Origin: a virus
IMG/VR virus record: IMGVR_UViG_3300036820_000005
Location: 47,057-111,056 of that record
Length of the DNA: 64,000 nucleotides
Direction: 5' to 3' (one strand)
Shown one piece after another: positions 1-9,212 of this stretch (position 1 is the first letter of the stretch; every line of letters starts with the position of its first letter). The notes below the pieces were generated by a model. The model did not search any database and was not told the DNA's origin. It saw only the letters and a program-made list of their open reading frames with translations. The position numbers and the translations under genes were made by a program.

Positions 1-96
1 CGGCGGCGGCGGCTGCTGGTGCGGTGAGCCCAACGACCACGACTGGCCCGGAAAGGCCGACGGTGCCGCGCACCCGCAGCCGGACAGGAGAGCAGG

Positions 97-294
97 TTGA
101 CACCCGTCGATGTGCTGCCCGCCCCGTCCGTGACCGAATGCTGCGGGGCCCCGCTGTGCGGGATCCGCTGCACCGGATGCGGGCACCGGATGCCCGTGGG
201 CGGCGCCCCGGTCCCGCCGACGCGGGCACTGCCGCCGTGGCGGTGGCCGGGGGAACTGCTCGGCCGGTGGGTCGCCCGGAGGCTGGGCCGGTGA
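97..294 (+). CDS. Small Cys-rich hypothetical protein
   Basis: GGAGAG before TTG start; CC and CxxC; stop overlaps next GTG. Confidence 0.5.
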   Translation: MTPVDVLPAPSVTECCGAPLCGIRCTGCGHRMPVGGAPVPPTRALPPWRWPGELLGRWVARRLGR

Positions 295-569
295 ACTGGG
301 CTGGAGGGTTCCTGGCCGGGTGGCTCGCGTCTTACCTGCCGACCTTGGCCGCCGTCGTGGCCCTGGCCCTGGCAGGGGTGCTGAAGGTTGAGCTGAAACG
401 GCCTACCCAGTCCGGATCGCGTAACCGGGCCACGCGGCCGCCGGCGTCCGGCCCGCCGATGACGTCGCTGCCCCCAGCTGGCGGCCTGCCTGCCGGCTCT
501 GGCAAGCCCGCCGTGACGGTAACTGCCGCGTCGAAGCCGTCACAGGCCGGGGATGCGGGTGCGCCGTGA
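291..569 (+). CDS. Hypothetical membrane protein
   Basis: GTGA overlap start; N-terminal hydrophobic stretch, Pro-rich tail. Confidence 0.5.
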   Translation: MNWAGGFLAGWLASYLPTLAAVVALALAGVLKVELKRPTQSGSRNRATRPPASGPPMTSLPPAGGLPAGSGKPAVTVTAASKPSQAGDAGAP

Positions 570-738
570 ACGCTGCCCCCACTGCGGCGCGGCCCTGCCG
601 CCGCCCAAGACCTGCCCAGAGTGCGGGCGGACCTTCTACCGCTCCGAAGGCGGCCGGAAAGACGCCCTGTACTGCACGCGGCGCTGCGGGACCAGAGCCC
701 GGATGCGCCGCTGGCGGAAACGCCGCACCCGCAAGTAA
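553..738 (+). CDS. Zinc-finger protein (CGNR-like)
   Basis: CPHC, CPEC...YCTRRC followed by basic tail RARMRRWRKRR. Confidence 0.65.
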   Translation: MRVRRERCPHCGAALPPPKTCPECGRTFYRSEGGRKDALYCTRRCGTRARMRRWRKRRTRK

Positions 739-783
739 CGGCAACCGGCGGCCCGAAGCCGTCACGGAAGGAAGGACCAGCGA

Positions 784-1137
784 GTGAGCGAAAGCGAGAT
801 GGAGCCCGACGACACCGGGCGAGCACCCGCCGTGGTGGTGTACCGGGCCACGATCCTGGACGGCCCGGTCCTGTCGTGGTTCGTGAACCTCGGCGCCGCC
901 CAGAACGGCCGCGAGGTGATCTCCGCGTCCCGGAACGGCGTCATGATCCACGGCGACGTGTACCTGCACACGATCCGCCGCGACTGGCTCACCACAGCGG
1001 AGGAAGCCCACGCGGCCCTCTGCCTCGGCCAGGACGTCGGCCACCTGGCCACCCACGTGCACCGCAAGGTCATCATCGGCGGCCGCCCGTACCTGACCGT
1101 CGAACCGGTCGACGACGGCCGGACGGTGGCCCTGTGA
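784..1137 (+). CDS. Hypothetical phage protein
   Basis: GAAGGA RBS; coupled to next gene. Confidence 0.65.
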   Translation: MSESEMEPDDTGRAPAVVVYRATILDGPVLSWFVNLGAAQNGREVISASRNGVMIHGDVYLHTIRRDWLTTAEEAHAALCLGQDVGHLATHVHRKVIIGGRPYLTVEPVDDGRTVAL

Positions 1138-1355
1138 GCCGCTGGCTGGACTGGAAGCACTGGCTGCTCTGCGCCTCCTCCAGGACCTACCGGGAGTTCG
1201 CCACCTGGGACAAAGCCGAGGTGACGCTCCAGCAGACCGCCCAGCTGCACGACATCACCCGGGCGCAGGCGTTCGCGCTGATCTGGGCGAACGCCTGGCC
1301 GCCGATGCGGATCTGGCTCGCGAAGTACCGGGACCCGAGGAAGGCAGCCGTATGA
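1134..1355 (+). CDS. Hypothetical phage protein
   Basis: GTGA/ATGA overlaps on both sides. Confidence 0.6.
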   Translation: MSRWLDWKHWLLCASSRTYREFATWDKAEVTLQQTAQLHDITRAQAFALIWANAWPPMRIWLAKYRDPRKAAV

Positions 1356-1558
1356 GCGAGCAGCCCGCGGCCATGGTGGTGCACCGTAAAGGCCGCTGCC
1401 CCTGCGGCGACTGCGCGGAGGCCCGCACGGTCACGATCAGCCCGCTCGGCACCGTCAGCCTCGGCCAGGCCGTCACCGGCCACGACCGGCTGATCAAGAA
1501 GCTGCAGCGCCGCAACTCCCGCGGCAAGGCCAGGCGCAGGGGAGGCCGGCGTGGCTGA
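1352..1558 (+). CDS. Small CxCxxC protein
   Basis: CPCGDC; overlaps both neighbours. Confidence 0.55.
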   Translation: MSEQPAAMVVHRKGRCPCGDCAEARTVTISPLGTVSLGQAVTGHDRLIKKLQRRNSRGKARRRGGRRG

Positions 1559-2000
1559 CGTGACCTACAGGACCGACTGCTGCGGCGCCCCAGTCGGAGC
1601 CTTGCACCGTCTCAGGTGCAAGTGGAGGTCGGGGGAGTGGCGGGACACCAAGCCGGGCGCGGCCGCCTGCGAGCACTGCGGCGCACGGTTCCGGTTCACG
1701 TCCCTGGGCCTGCTCCGGCACCCGCTGCCGTGGTGCCCCGCAGCACAGGCAGACGCCCAGAAGCCCGCCGCCAAGGCCAGGCCCCGGCCTGGCTGGACCC
1801 GTCCCGGGAACCTGATCGCCGCAGCCGCCCTGCTGGTCAGCGCCGCCGGAATGCTCGCAACTGGATGGCAGCTGGCCACCGGGTCGACCACCGAACCGGC
1901 CTGGCTGGCCCGGACCGTCAGCGGCGCAGCGGTCCTCGCGGGCCTGATCCTCGCCGCAGCGATCGTCACGTTGCACCAGGAGCGCCGCAATGACTGCTGA
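1551..2000 (+). CDS. Zn-ribbon + two-TM membrane protein
   Basis: GGAGG RBS; CEHC; two hydrophobic helices. Confidence 0.6.
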   Translation: MADVTYRTDCCGAPVGALHRLRCKWRSGEWRDTKPGAAACEHCGARFRFTSLGLLRHPLPWCPAAQADAQKPAAKARPRPGWTRPGNLIAAAALLVSAAGMLATGWQLATGSTTEPAWLARTVSGAAVLAGLILAAAIVTLHQERRNDC

Positions 2001-2334
2001 GCATGTCCCCGACCCCGTGATCGCCGACGCGGCCCGACTAGTCCAGCAGACCGCGGTCGGCCTTTCCCTGATCACGGCCGAACGGCTGCGACAGATCGCC
2101 GTCGAGGGCTACACGCCCGAGCACGACGCGGAGCACGGCGGCGGCGAACTGGCGCTTGCCGCCGCCGCGTACGCACTGGCAGCCTCGTGCAGGCAGAATC
2201 AGGGCGCGGTGTGGTGGCCGTGGGACAGCGGCTACAAGCCGGGCCCGCAACCGCTCGACAGCCTCGTCAAGGCTGGCGCCCTCATCGCTGCCGAGATAGA
2301 CCGGATCGTCGCGGAGGAGGCCCGCCGTGGCTGA
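1990..2334 (+). CDS. Conserved phage protein (EGYTPEHD...WPW...LVKAGALIAAEIDR family)
   Basis: Motif pattern recalled from a widespread phage hypothetical family; AGGAG RBS. Confidence 0.75.
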   Translation: MTAEHVPDPVIADAARLVQQTAVGLSLITAERLRQIAVEGYTPEHDAEHGGGELALAAAAYALAASCRQNQGAVWWPWDSGYKPGPQPLDSLVKAGALIAAEIDRIVAEEARRG

Positions 2335-2629
2335 CCCAGCCCCCGAGGCCTGCCTGACCCGCGACAAGCTGCTGGCCCGGTACGGCGAACTCGAACGGGC
2401 CGACGCGGCCACCGTCCTGCGCCTGGTCGGCCAGCCCGCCGAAGCGGCACCGCACGCCATGGCCTGGCGGTACCCGTCCGTCGAAGCGTTCGAGGCCTAC
2501 GCGACCGCCAACCGGATCCACTACCGCATCCAGGACCACGGCATCACGCAGCACGGCCCCGCCGTCACCGAAGACGGCGTGTTCGGCGTGCTCCTCATCC
2601 TGCCGCCCGCGGGGGCCAGCCGTGCCTGA
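2327..2629 (+). CDS. Hypothetical phage protein
   Basis: GAGGAGG RBS; GTGGCTGA overlap. Confidence 0.65.
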   Translation: MADPAPEACLTRDKLLARYGELERADAATVLRLVGQPAEAAPHAMAWRYPSVEAFEAYATANRIHYRIQDHGITQHGPAVTEDGVFGVLLILPPAGASRA

Positions 2630-2987
2630 GAATGCAAGCACCCGGGACGCGCCCGACTGGAACGTCCAGGGCTACTGCCCGATGGGCTGCGGCAAGACGC
2701 TGGTCCTGGCTGGCGGCGGCTGCGTCACCTGCATGTCGCTGCGCTGCCCCCGCCCGGACGCGGTAACCAGCCTGCTAGACGACCCGGAGACCGCCCATAT
2801 CGTCGTCCTCGGCGACCGGGACTTCACGATCCGCCACCCGCTCCGCGAACGCCTCGACGACGCCCTCATGGACTGCGCGCTGCACGAGTACATCGCGGGG
2901 CTCGACGGTCCGCCGGCCGCGCCTGGCCGGTACCGGGTCACCGGCCAGCCTGGAAACCTGACATGGACGGAGGCCAGCGATGGCTGA
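2622..2987 (+). CDS. Actinophage Zn-binding protein (possibly DUF6085-like)
   Basis: GYCPMGCG...CVTC...CPRPD; family name from memory. Confidence 0.6.
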   Translation: MPENASTRDAPDWNVQGYCPMGCGKTLVLAGGGCVTCMSLRCPRPDAVTSLLDDPETAHIVVLGDRDFTIRHPLRERLDDALMDCALHEYIAGLDGPPAAPGRYRVTGQPGNLTWTEASDG

Positions 2988-3480
2988 CATGACGATAGAC
3001 CCGCGCGAAGGCGTCACCCGGGAACAAGCCGGCCATCTCGCCGAGCAGACGCTCGCGACTTTCGCGCCTGGCGAACTCAGCCTCGGACAGGTGGCCTGGG
3101 AGGCGTGGCAGGACTGGCGCGACGCCTACTACAGCGACAACCCCCGAGGCCGCGAGGCTTGGCAGGACGTCCCGGAGAAGTTCCGCGCGGCATACGACCA
3201 GATCGGCGCCGCCGTAGAGGCAGCCGCCCGCGAGCGGGCACTTGCTGCGCTAGACGCATGCCTGCCCGAAGGCGCCGACCGGCCCCTGACGCCCGAGCTG
3301 GTCACCGCCCTGCTGGCCCTTCACGACGTAGCCCGCGAGCTGGGGACCGCCGAAAGCGGCGTCCTGGGCTACCAGCTGATAGCCCACGAGGACGTGGGCG
3401 GGCTCGACGAGGCATCCGGCACCGTCGAGGACCTGCTGCACCCGCCGACCACCGACGAGGAAGAGGCCCGCCGTGGCTGA
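2980..3480 (+). CDS. Hypothetical phage protein
   Basis: GGAGG RBS, ATGGCTGA overlap; shares a segment with 5979..6272. Confidence 0.7.
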   Translation: MADMTIDPREGVTREQAGHLAEQTLATFAPGELSLGQVAWEAWQDWRDAYYSDNPRGREAWQDVPEKFRAAYDQIGAAVEAAARERALAALDACLPEGADRPLTPELVTALLALHDVARELGTAESGVLGYQLIAHEDVGGLDEASGTVEDLLHPPTTDEEEARRG

Positions 3481-3700
3481 GCGGACGATCACCGAGACCG
3501 AGCTCGCCGAGGCGCTTGACAGGCTCGGCGGTGAGCCTCCCGTCGTGCTCTTCGCCGCACCCGAGAAAGTAGCCGCGCTGATCGTCGCCGACGTGGAAGC
3601 CCACCGCACCGAGCCCGGCAGTCAGCCGACCGTCTACGACCAGGCCCGCGCGGAGGTCCGCCAGATGTGGAACACCGCGTTCGGCCACGACCCATACTGA
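3473..3700 (+). CDS. Hypothetical phage protein
   Basis: GTGGCTGA overlap junction. Confidence 0.65.
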   Translation: MAERTITETELAEALDRLGGEPPVVLFAAPEKVAALIVADVEAHRTEPGSQPTVYDQARAEVRQMWNTAFGHDPY

Positions 3701-3727
3701 ACCCCGACCCCGTTGAAGGAGACCCTG

Positions 3728-4045
3728 ATGACCGCCCAGTTCGTGAAGATCGAGACCGTGCCCGCCGTCGTGGAGGCGGCCCGCTACCGGTACGGCCAGC
3801 CGCTCGACGAGATACGCGCGATCGCCCTGCGCGGCAGCCACGCCGCCCAGATCGTCGAAGTGCCCGAATGGCGGCTGCTGCTCGTCCGCACCGGCCCCCC
3901 CGAGGACCACCCGTTCTACGAGGTGGTCGCTGACGGGACGTGGCTGGTGTACGACCCGGCCGACGGGAAGCTGGCCGCGTGGGACGACGACGAGTTCGCC
4001 GAGGAGTACCGGGCGCTCCGGCAGGCAGGCGCTGATGTGGGCTAG
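3728..4045 (+). CDS. Phage protein, paralog of 11650..11988
   Basis: GAAGGAG RBS; P-x-VVEA...G-x-WLV...F-x3-Y pattern. Confidence 0.7.
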   Translation: MTAQFVKIETVPAVVEAARYRYGQPLDEIRAIALRGSHAAQIVEVPEWRLLLVRTGPPEDHPFYEVVADGTWLVYDPADGKLAAWDDDEFAEEYRALRQAGADVG

Positions 4046-4148
4046 GCCGAAGCGCCGCGCATGGTTCAGCGACCTGCGAGCTGACCTGTCCAGGCTGCAC
4101 GCATGCCGCGGCACCGGACCGGACCCTCTGCTGGCGGCGGCGCGGTGA
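4035..4148 (+). CDS. Possible 37-aa peptide
   Basis: Fills the gap and overlaps both neighbours. Confidence 0.3.
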   Translation: MWARPKRRAWFSDLRADLSRLHACRGTGPDPLLAAAR

Positions 4149-4492
4149 AGGAGACCATCTACCTGGCCGTATCGCGGACCAAGATCGAGCGGATGACGAA
4201 GCGGCTGCCGGACCTCCAGCGCGGCGAGATCCCCGTCAAGCTCCTGATCGAGGTCGACCCGGCCGCGTTCGGCGAACCCGTCCTCGAGCAGCATGTGCGG
4301 GTGACGGACTGGCGGGAAGGGATCGACATCCGGCCGGTCGATGTCCAGGACGGGATCATCACCGAGAGGGAAGCGGCGATGATCCGGGAAACCCGCCTAG
4401 CGGAGCTGACCGCGATCCTGGAGGCACGCGGCTACATGATCACCCCGCCGGTTGCCGCGGCAGCCGGGCAAGAGGAAGGCTTGACGGCATGA
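4145..4492 (+). CDS. Hypothetical phage protein
   Basis: GC3-biased ORF ending in a junction repeat. Confidence 0.65.
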   Translation: MKETIYLAVSRTKIERMTKRLPDLQRGEIPVKLLIEVDPAAFGEPVLEQHVRVTDWREGIDIRPVDVQDGIITEREAAMIRETRLAELTAILEARGYMITPPVAAAAGQEEGLTA

Positions 4493-4938
4493 CACCCGAA
4501 CACGTCGAGGGCATGTGGCGCCGGATCAACGAACTCGCCGGGACCAACCCGGCTGAGGCCGCCCGCACCAAGCAAGACCACTACCTGTCGGTCCTGGTCG
4601 CGATCGCTAACGGGAACGCGCAACCCGACCCGGCGAGTCTCGCGCGGGCGGTGCTGCGGCAGGTAGCCGAGAGCGGGCCGACGGCTGACCAGGCCGAACC
4701 TGCCGCCAAGGCGTCGAGTGGCCCCGGCTGGCCACGGGACACGCAGCCGGCAGGGCAGTCTTCCACCGACGGTGCTGGCCGCCAGTGGGTGACGGACTTG
4801 ACCGGCCGGGCGTGGATCGAAGCTGACGGCCTGTGGTATCCGTCGCATCCCGAGACGATGAGCGCTGAAGAGGCCGAGCTGGCCGAGACCCGCCGGCAAG
4901 CCTCGCAGCGGCTCCAAAGGTACCGACAGGAAGGCTAG
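4489..4938 (+). CDS. Hypothetical phage protein
   Basis: Bounded by junction repeats; ends EG*. Confidence 0.65.
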   Translation: MTPEHVEGMWRRINELAGTNPAEAARTKQDHYLSVLVAIANGNAQPDPASLARAVLRQVAESGPTADQAEPAAKASSGPGWPRDTQPAGQSSTDGAGRQWVTDLTGRAWIEADGLWYPSHPETMSAEEAELAETRRQASQRLQRYRQEG

Positions 4939-4943
4939 ACGCC

Positions 4944-5102
4944 ATGGCTGACGAGCTGGAGCCGGTGGTGCTGCCGGACACGCTGAAGCACATTCAGGTG
5001 GCGGCCAGCCTGGCTGCCGAGGCGACACGCCCGCTGGTGCATGCCCTCCGCGACCTGGGCCGCGCCATCGTGACCCAGAAGGAGGCTAGACGGCATGGCT
5101 GA
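4944..5102 (+). CDS. 52-aa hypothetical protein (not in ORF track)
   Basis: MADELEPVV...KEARRHG*, between two junction repeats. Confidence 0.65.
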   Translation: MADELEPVVLPDTLKHIQVAASLAAEATRPLVHALRDLGRAIVTQKEARRHG

Positions 5103-5367
5103 GGACCGGCCGACCTTCAACGAGGCGGCGGCCGAGTTCCAGTCCGCTCTCGTCGAGCTCATCATCCTTAGGACGTTCCCGTGGATGACCAGGCTGCTGC
5201 GGTGGGCGACCAGGCTGCTCGTGAAGTGCCGAGACGGCATGGAGCTTCGCCTAGAACGCGACCCGGCCCTGACGACCGGGCACTGCCTGATGCTGCGTAT
5301 GGGCCGCCGCGAATGGTTCGCCTGGTGGGATCGGCGGCCCCGCTTCGCAACGTGGAAGGAAGGCTAG
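5095..5367 (+). CDS. Hypothetical phage protein
   Basis: Bounded by junction repeats. Confidence 0.65.
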   Translation: MAEDRPTFNEAAAEFQSALVELIILRTFPWMTRLLRWATRLLVKCRDGMELRLERDPALTTGHCLMLRMGRREWFAWWDRRPRFATWKEG

Positions 5368-5372
5368 ACGCC

Positions 5373-5723
5373 ATGGCTGAAGACGTGGACGACCAGTTGC
5401 GGGCGACGCTCGCGAAGGCCGCAGCGGCGAAGGTGCTGCTGATCGACGGGCCGATGCGCGGCCAGATGTTCGACGGCCCAGGCAGCGCCGCGATCTACTA
5501 CCAGCAGCCGCCGCAGAGCCTCGGCGAGGAACCCAGCGAGGGCGCGTACCGGATCGGGTCCTACCGGCTGTGTGGCCGGAAGGTGCTGCTCGGCACGATC
5601 GACCCGGACTCGCTGACCGAGCAGACGCTCAACGACGTGTTCTGGACGTGGCTGGCCAGCGAGGATGCCCTGCTCGTGTCCGAACTGCCCGTCCCGCAGC
5701 CCGCCGGGCAGAAGGAAGGCTAG
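5373..5723 (+). CDS. Hypothetical phage protein
   Basis: ATG in junction repeat; LIDGPMRG motif; ends KEG*. Confidence 0.7.
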   Translation: MAEDVDDQLRATLAKAAAAKVLLIDGPMRGQMFDGPGSAAIYYQQPPQSLGEEPSEGAYRIGSYRLCGRKVLLGTIDPDSLTEQTLNDVFWTWLASEDALLVSELPVPQPAGQKEG

Positions 5724-5728
5724 ACGGC

Positions 5729-5986
5729 ATGGGTAAGTGGCTGTCCCGCTACCAGTACAGGCGGACGCAGGGGTTCGGCCCGGTGGCCGCGTTCCGTTTC
5801 GCCAGCCGTGGCCTGCGCGCGCTGGACGCGGCCACCCGGCTTAGGCATGGGCCGCCTGAGACGGGGGCGTGGAAGACAGGAGACACCTTCAAGGATGGCG
5901 TCCGCTCAGGGACCTACACGGAACTCCCGCCACCGGGGAGCTGGCTGCCCGCCGAGGGACCGGGGGAGGGCAGACGGCATGGCTGA
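5729..5986 (+). CDS. Hypothetical phage protein
   Basis: Bounded by junction repeats. Confidence 0.6.
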   Translation: MGKWLSRYQYRRTQGFGPVAAFRFASRGLRALDAATRLRHGPPETGAWKTGDTFKDGVRSGTYTELPPPGSWLPAEGPGEGRRHG

Positions 5987-6272
5987 CGAGCAGGGCGTCA
6001 CGCCCGACGAGGCACTAGCTCAGATCGCTTTCGAGGCGTGGCGCGACTACAGCGACGGCAACAGGTTGTGGAGCGACGTCACCGGGAGCGAACGCGAGGC
6101 GTGGGAAGCAGCAGCAGGAGAAGTCGCAGACGCAGTGCGGCAGCGGCACGGCCTGCCTGAGGACGTCCGCGAGCTGCTGACCCTGATCAGCGAAGGCCAC
6201 GTCCGGAAACGGGAGCACGCCATGCACCGGGCCACTGGCCTGCTGGAGAAGTACCGAGGGGAGACGCCATGA
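5979..6272 (+). CDS. Hypothetical phage protein
   Basis: Junction start; segments shared with 2980.. and 7409.. Confidence 0.7.
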   Translation: MADEQGVTPDEALAQIAFEAWRDYSDGNRLWSDVTGSEREAWEAAAGEVADAVRQRHGLPEDVRELLTLISEGHVRKREHAMHRATGLLEKYRGETP

Positions 6273-6769
6273 CTGAGGTCCGATACGAGCGAGGTCGCGC
6301 CGACCCCGTCGGCATATTCAACGTCCACACGCGCGGCCGGATCTACCACGGCGACGACGACACCCAGTGCGAGCATGGCGTCGACCTGACCCGCGAACTG
6401 CCCCGGTACAACCCGCCCGGCCGGCTCGGCGACGTGATCCTGCCGCTCCCGCTGCTCTGCACCGCGGGCCGGGCCTTGACCCGCCTGGAGTTCGACGACC
6501 AGGCCGGATTCATCGCGGCACCGGCGGCCACGCTGTCGGCTGCCCTGGTGCTCTCCGACAAAGCGGCCCTGGCCGGAGCCGGCACGATCACCGCCATGCC
6601 GCCCGATCCCAGGTACGGGGCCGGTTACAGGGACGGCGGGAACAGCGTCATCGCCGACATCCGCATCCAGTTCGACGACGCCGCCGACACGATGGACGAC
6701 CTGCTCGGGTTCTTCCGCCGCCTGACCGGCGACCCTGACCTTGCATGGCCCGGACACGAGGAAGGCTAG
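6269..6769 (+). CDS. Hypothetical phage protein
   Basis: Bounded by junction repeats. Confidence 0.65.
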   Translation: MTEVRYERGRADPVGIFNVHTRGRIYHGDDDTQCEHGVDLTRELPRYNPPGRLGDVILPLPLLCTAGRALTRLEFDDQAGFIAAPAATLSAALVLSDKAALAGAGTITAMPPDPRYGAGYRDGGNSVIADIRIQFDDAADTMDDLLGFFRRLTGDPDLAWPGHEEG

Positions 6770-6772
6770 ACG

Positions 6773-7408
6773 ATGGCTGACGAGACCGAGGTCACCTGGC
6801 CTGAGCCGAGGCCGGTCCTCCCGGTCACAGGCGAGGTTGACGAGTTCACGCTGACCGGCGACGGCCGCCTGGTGCCTAAGCCAGGACCAGGCGAGACAGC
6901 CGAGCTGGTCGCTGGCCAACTGAAGCGCGCGATCGACCAGGACCCCCGGGCCAAGCTGATCGGCGAGCTTGAGCACCAGCTCGCCGAGCACAGGTCGATC
7001 GTCTACCTGCTCGTGGAACGGCTCGGCGGGCACGTCCTGATGCCCGACATCGACCTGATCCAGCTCCCGCAGGAGGCCGGGCTGACGTGGTGGGAGTCCC
7101 GGGCCGACGGCGGCTGGCACCTGTCCACCAGAAGGGGGCCAGGCGCTGCTAAGCCCGCGCAGGACGACCGGACTCCATGGCAGGCCGATCGTGCCCGTGT
7201 AGAGGCTTCCGGCAAGTGGCCTCCGTCATGGGGTCCGTTCCACCGGCACTTTGCTAACGACGCGGTCCACCGAGACGGCGGCCAGGAATGCGATCAGCCC
7301 GGTACTCCCCGGCGGGTCTACGTGTTCGACGACGACTATCTGCACGCGCACGAGCTGGCGGTAGCCCGGTGGGCCATCCAGCACCCGGACTTGTTTGAGG
7401 AGGCTTAG
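6773..7408 (+). CDS. Hypothetical phage protein
   Basis: Bounded by junction repeats. Confidence 0.65.
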   Translation: MADETEVTWPEPRPVLPVTGEVDEFTLTGDGRLVPKPGPGETAELVAGQLKRAIDQDPRAKLIGELEHQLAEHRSIVYLLVERLGGHVLMPDIDLIQLPQEAGLTWWESRADGGWHLSTRRGPGAAKPAQDDRTPWQADRARVEASGKWPPSWGPFHRHFANDAVHRDGGQECDQPGTPRRVYVFDDDYLHAHELAVARWAIQHPDLFEEA

Positions 7409-7822
7409 ATGGCTGAACGTGAACCGATCCAGCCGATCGTTCCCGAACCGATCCGGATCGACGACGACAACTACGCCGAGGGTCACTGGGATTACCCCCG
7501 CCGCTGCGTCGACATAGAGATGGCCCTCGACGTCGCGCGTGAGCGTGTCGAGGAGTGGGATCAGAGGACCGACCCGAGCGGCTGGTGGCACGAACGCCCG
7601 TACTGGATAGCGCTGCACAACGAAGTGGTGCGGCTGCGCCGGGAACTACCCGCCGACGTGCGCGAGTTCCTGGTCGGCATGGCGACCACGTGGACGCTCC
7701 AGGCCGCTCAAGACCTGCTGGTAGCTGTCAGCCGTGGGGGAGAGGGCGCTGCCGCGATCGACGCAGCTGAGGCCCGGGTCGGCGCGATCCTGCTGCTTGA
7801 GAAGTACGGATGGGAAGGGTAG
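7409..7822 (+). CDS. Hypothetical phage protein
   Basis: GAGGAGG-C-T-TAG-ATG junction. Confidence 0.65.
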   Translation: MAEREPIQPIVPEPIRIDDDNYAEGHWDYPRRCVDIEMALDVARERVEEWDQRTDPSGWWHERPYWIALHNEVVRLRRELPADVREFLVGMATTWTLQAAQDLLVAVSRGGEGAAAIDAAEARVGAILLLEKYGWEG

Positions 7823-7827
7823 ACGGC

Positions 7828-8655
7828 ATGCATATCCGCACCCCTGCCTGCAAGGGCGCCTGGTACGACACCGACGAGTCGGCGGCCGCGCATGGCCCGC
7901 ACGAGTTCTTCCCCGACCCGCTGCTCGGCGCGAGCCGTTGCCCCGGCTGGAGCGATGGCGATGCCCGCGCCACCGACCTGGAGGCCCGACTCCGCAGCCA
8001 CGTGGAGGGCCGGGCGATGGTAGCCGGCGTCCGACTCGAAGTGTCTCCGGCGGTCCTGGCCGAGTTGACCTGGCTGACAGAGCCGTCTCTCTCCGAGTGT
8101 CCTGTCATGCCAGCTGCCCCTGTGGACAGGCTGTATGGCGTGCCGATCGTCGCGACCCGCATGGAAGCCGGGACGTGGCGGCTGCTGGCCGCTGACGGCA
8201 CGCTGATCGACACGTCGGCCGTACCGAGAGGCATCACACCGGACCCCAGCGGCTTGCGTCACCCGCTGTCCGTCGAGTACCGCAAGACCGGCCTGCCCGC
8301 CTACGGGGACGCCACCGGTCGGCTCCTCACCGACGACGAGATCGCCGCACGCCTCGCCGCTGCGGCTGATGGCGCCCCGCCGAGCCTGGCGTCCACCCGG
8401 GACTGGCTCGACACGACCACCGCTAAGCTGGCCCGCCTCGCCGTCCTCCAGCAGGAACACGACCTGCAACAGCAGGTGATCTGGCTGCTGGTCCACCGGC
8501 TCGGCGGGACGGTACGGATCACCGACGACGAACTGGCCGGGCTCCCCGCCCACCTGCCGCTGGCCTTCCAACGCGACGACGACGGCATCGGCATCACCGC
8601 AGAGCCGTGGATCGCGCCGCCCGGTATCGGACCGCTACCGACAGATGAGGGCTAG
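7828..8655 (+). CDS. Multi-segment hypothetical phage protein
   Basis: ATG in junction repeat; ends EG*. Confidence 0.65.
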   Translation: MHIRTPACKGAWYDTDESAAAHGPHEFFPDPLLGASRCPGWSDGDARATDLEARLRSHVEGRAMVAGVRLEVSPAVLAELTWLTEPSLSECPVMPAAPVDRLYGVPIVATRMEAGTWRLLAADGTLIDTSAVPRGITPDPSGLRHPLSVEYRKTGLPAYGDATGRLLTDDEIAARLAAAADGAPPSLASTRDWLDTTTAKLARLAVLQQEHDLQQQVIWLLVHRLGGTVRITDDELAGLPAHLPLAFQRDDDGIGITAEPWIAPPGIGPLPTDEG

Positions 8656-8660
8656 ACGGC

Positions 8661-9212
8661 ATGGCCACTGACCCGCCAGCTAGCGGACCGCCGATGAACG
8701 CGATGCCGCCAGCTGACTTCACCGCCGAACTCCGGGCCGCAGCCCAGGACGAACAGCTCAACAAGGCCCTGGCCGCCCTGCACTGTGCCGCTGGGGCAGC
8801 CGGGATACCAGACGCGCAGCCGGGCAGCATCGCCGAGGTCGGCGCCCTTATCGCCGCCAGCTACGCCAATCTCCGCAGGGAGCTGGATGAGCGCACCCGC
8901 CAGGGCAACCGTGCCGATCGGGCGATTGTGGCGCTCCGCGAGAAGGCGATCGCCGCCTTGTCGACCAGCCAGCACAGCATGACGATAAGCGGCGGGCTGC
9001 CGTTCTGCACCTGCGGCCTGTCCCTGGCTGGCGGCCGCGCGTCAGAGACGTTCGTCGACCACGTCCTGCCGTTGCACGCCTGGGTGGCGGGCGCGGCCGA
9101 CCGGATCCGCGCGCTGTGCCGCGACGAAACCATCGTCTGGGGCGGCCCGAATGGCAACGAATCCGCGTACGTGGCGGACGTCCTAGCAGCCCTGGACGGC
9201 CAGCATGGCTGA
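8661..9212 (+). CDS. Hypothetical protein (coiled coil + H/CxC/H)
   Basis: Junction start; FCTCG. Confidence 0.65.
   Translation: MATDPPASGPPMNAMPPADFTAELRAAAQDEQLNKALAALHCAAGAAGIPDAQPGSIAEVGALIAASYANLRRELDERTRQGNRADRAIVALREKAIAALSTSQHSMTISGGLPFCTCGLSLAGGRASETFVDHVLPLHAWVAGAADRIRALCRDETIVWGGPNGNESAYVADVLAALDGQHG

Larger units (their letters stand above)
4472..8664 (+). repeat. Junction repeat family A, consensus GAAGGCTAGACG(G/C)CATGGCTGA, ~11 copies
   Basis: Copies near 4472, 4928, 5078, 5355, 5711, 5964, 6256, 6758, 7397, 7812, 8646, each at a gene boundary. Confidence 0.9.

Noticed and set aside
4472-8664. Junction repeats as a CRISPR array or integron attC sites
   Set aside because: The spacers are whole genes of 150-830 bp; the repeats are not palindromic; no cas genes or integron integrase in the window
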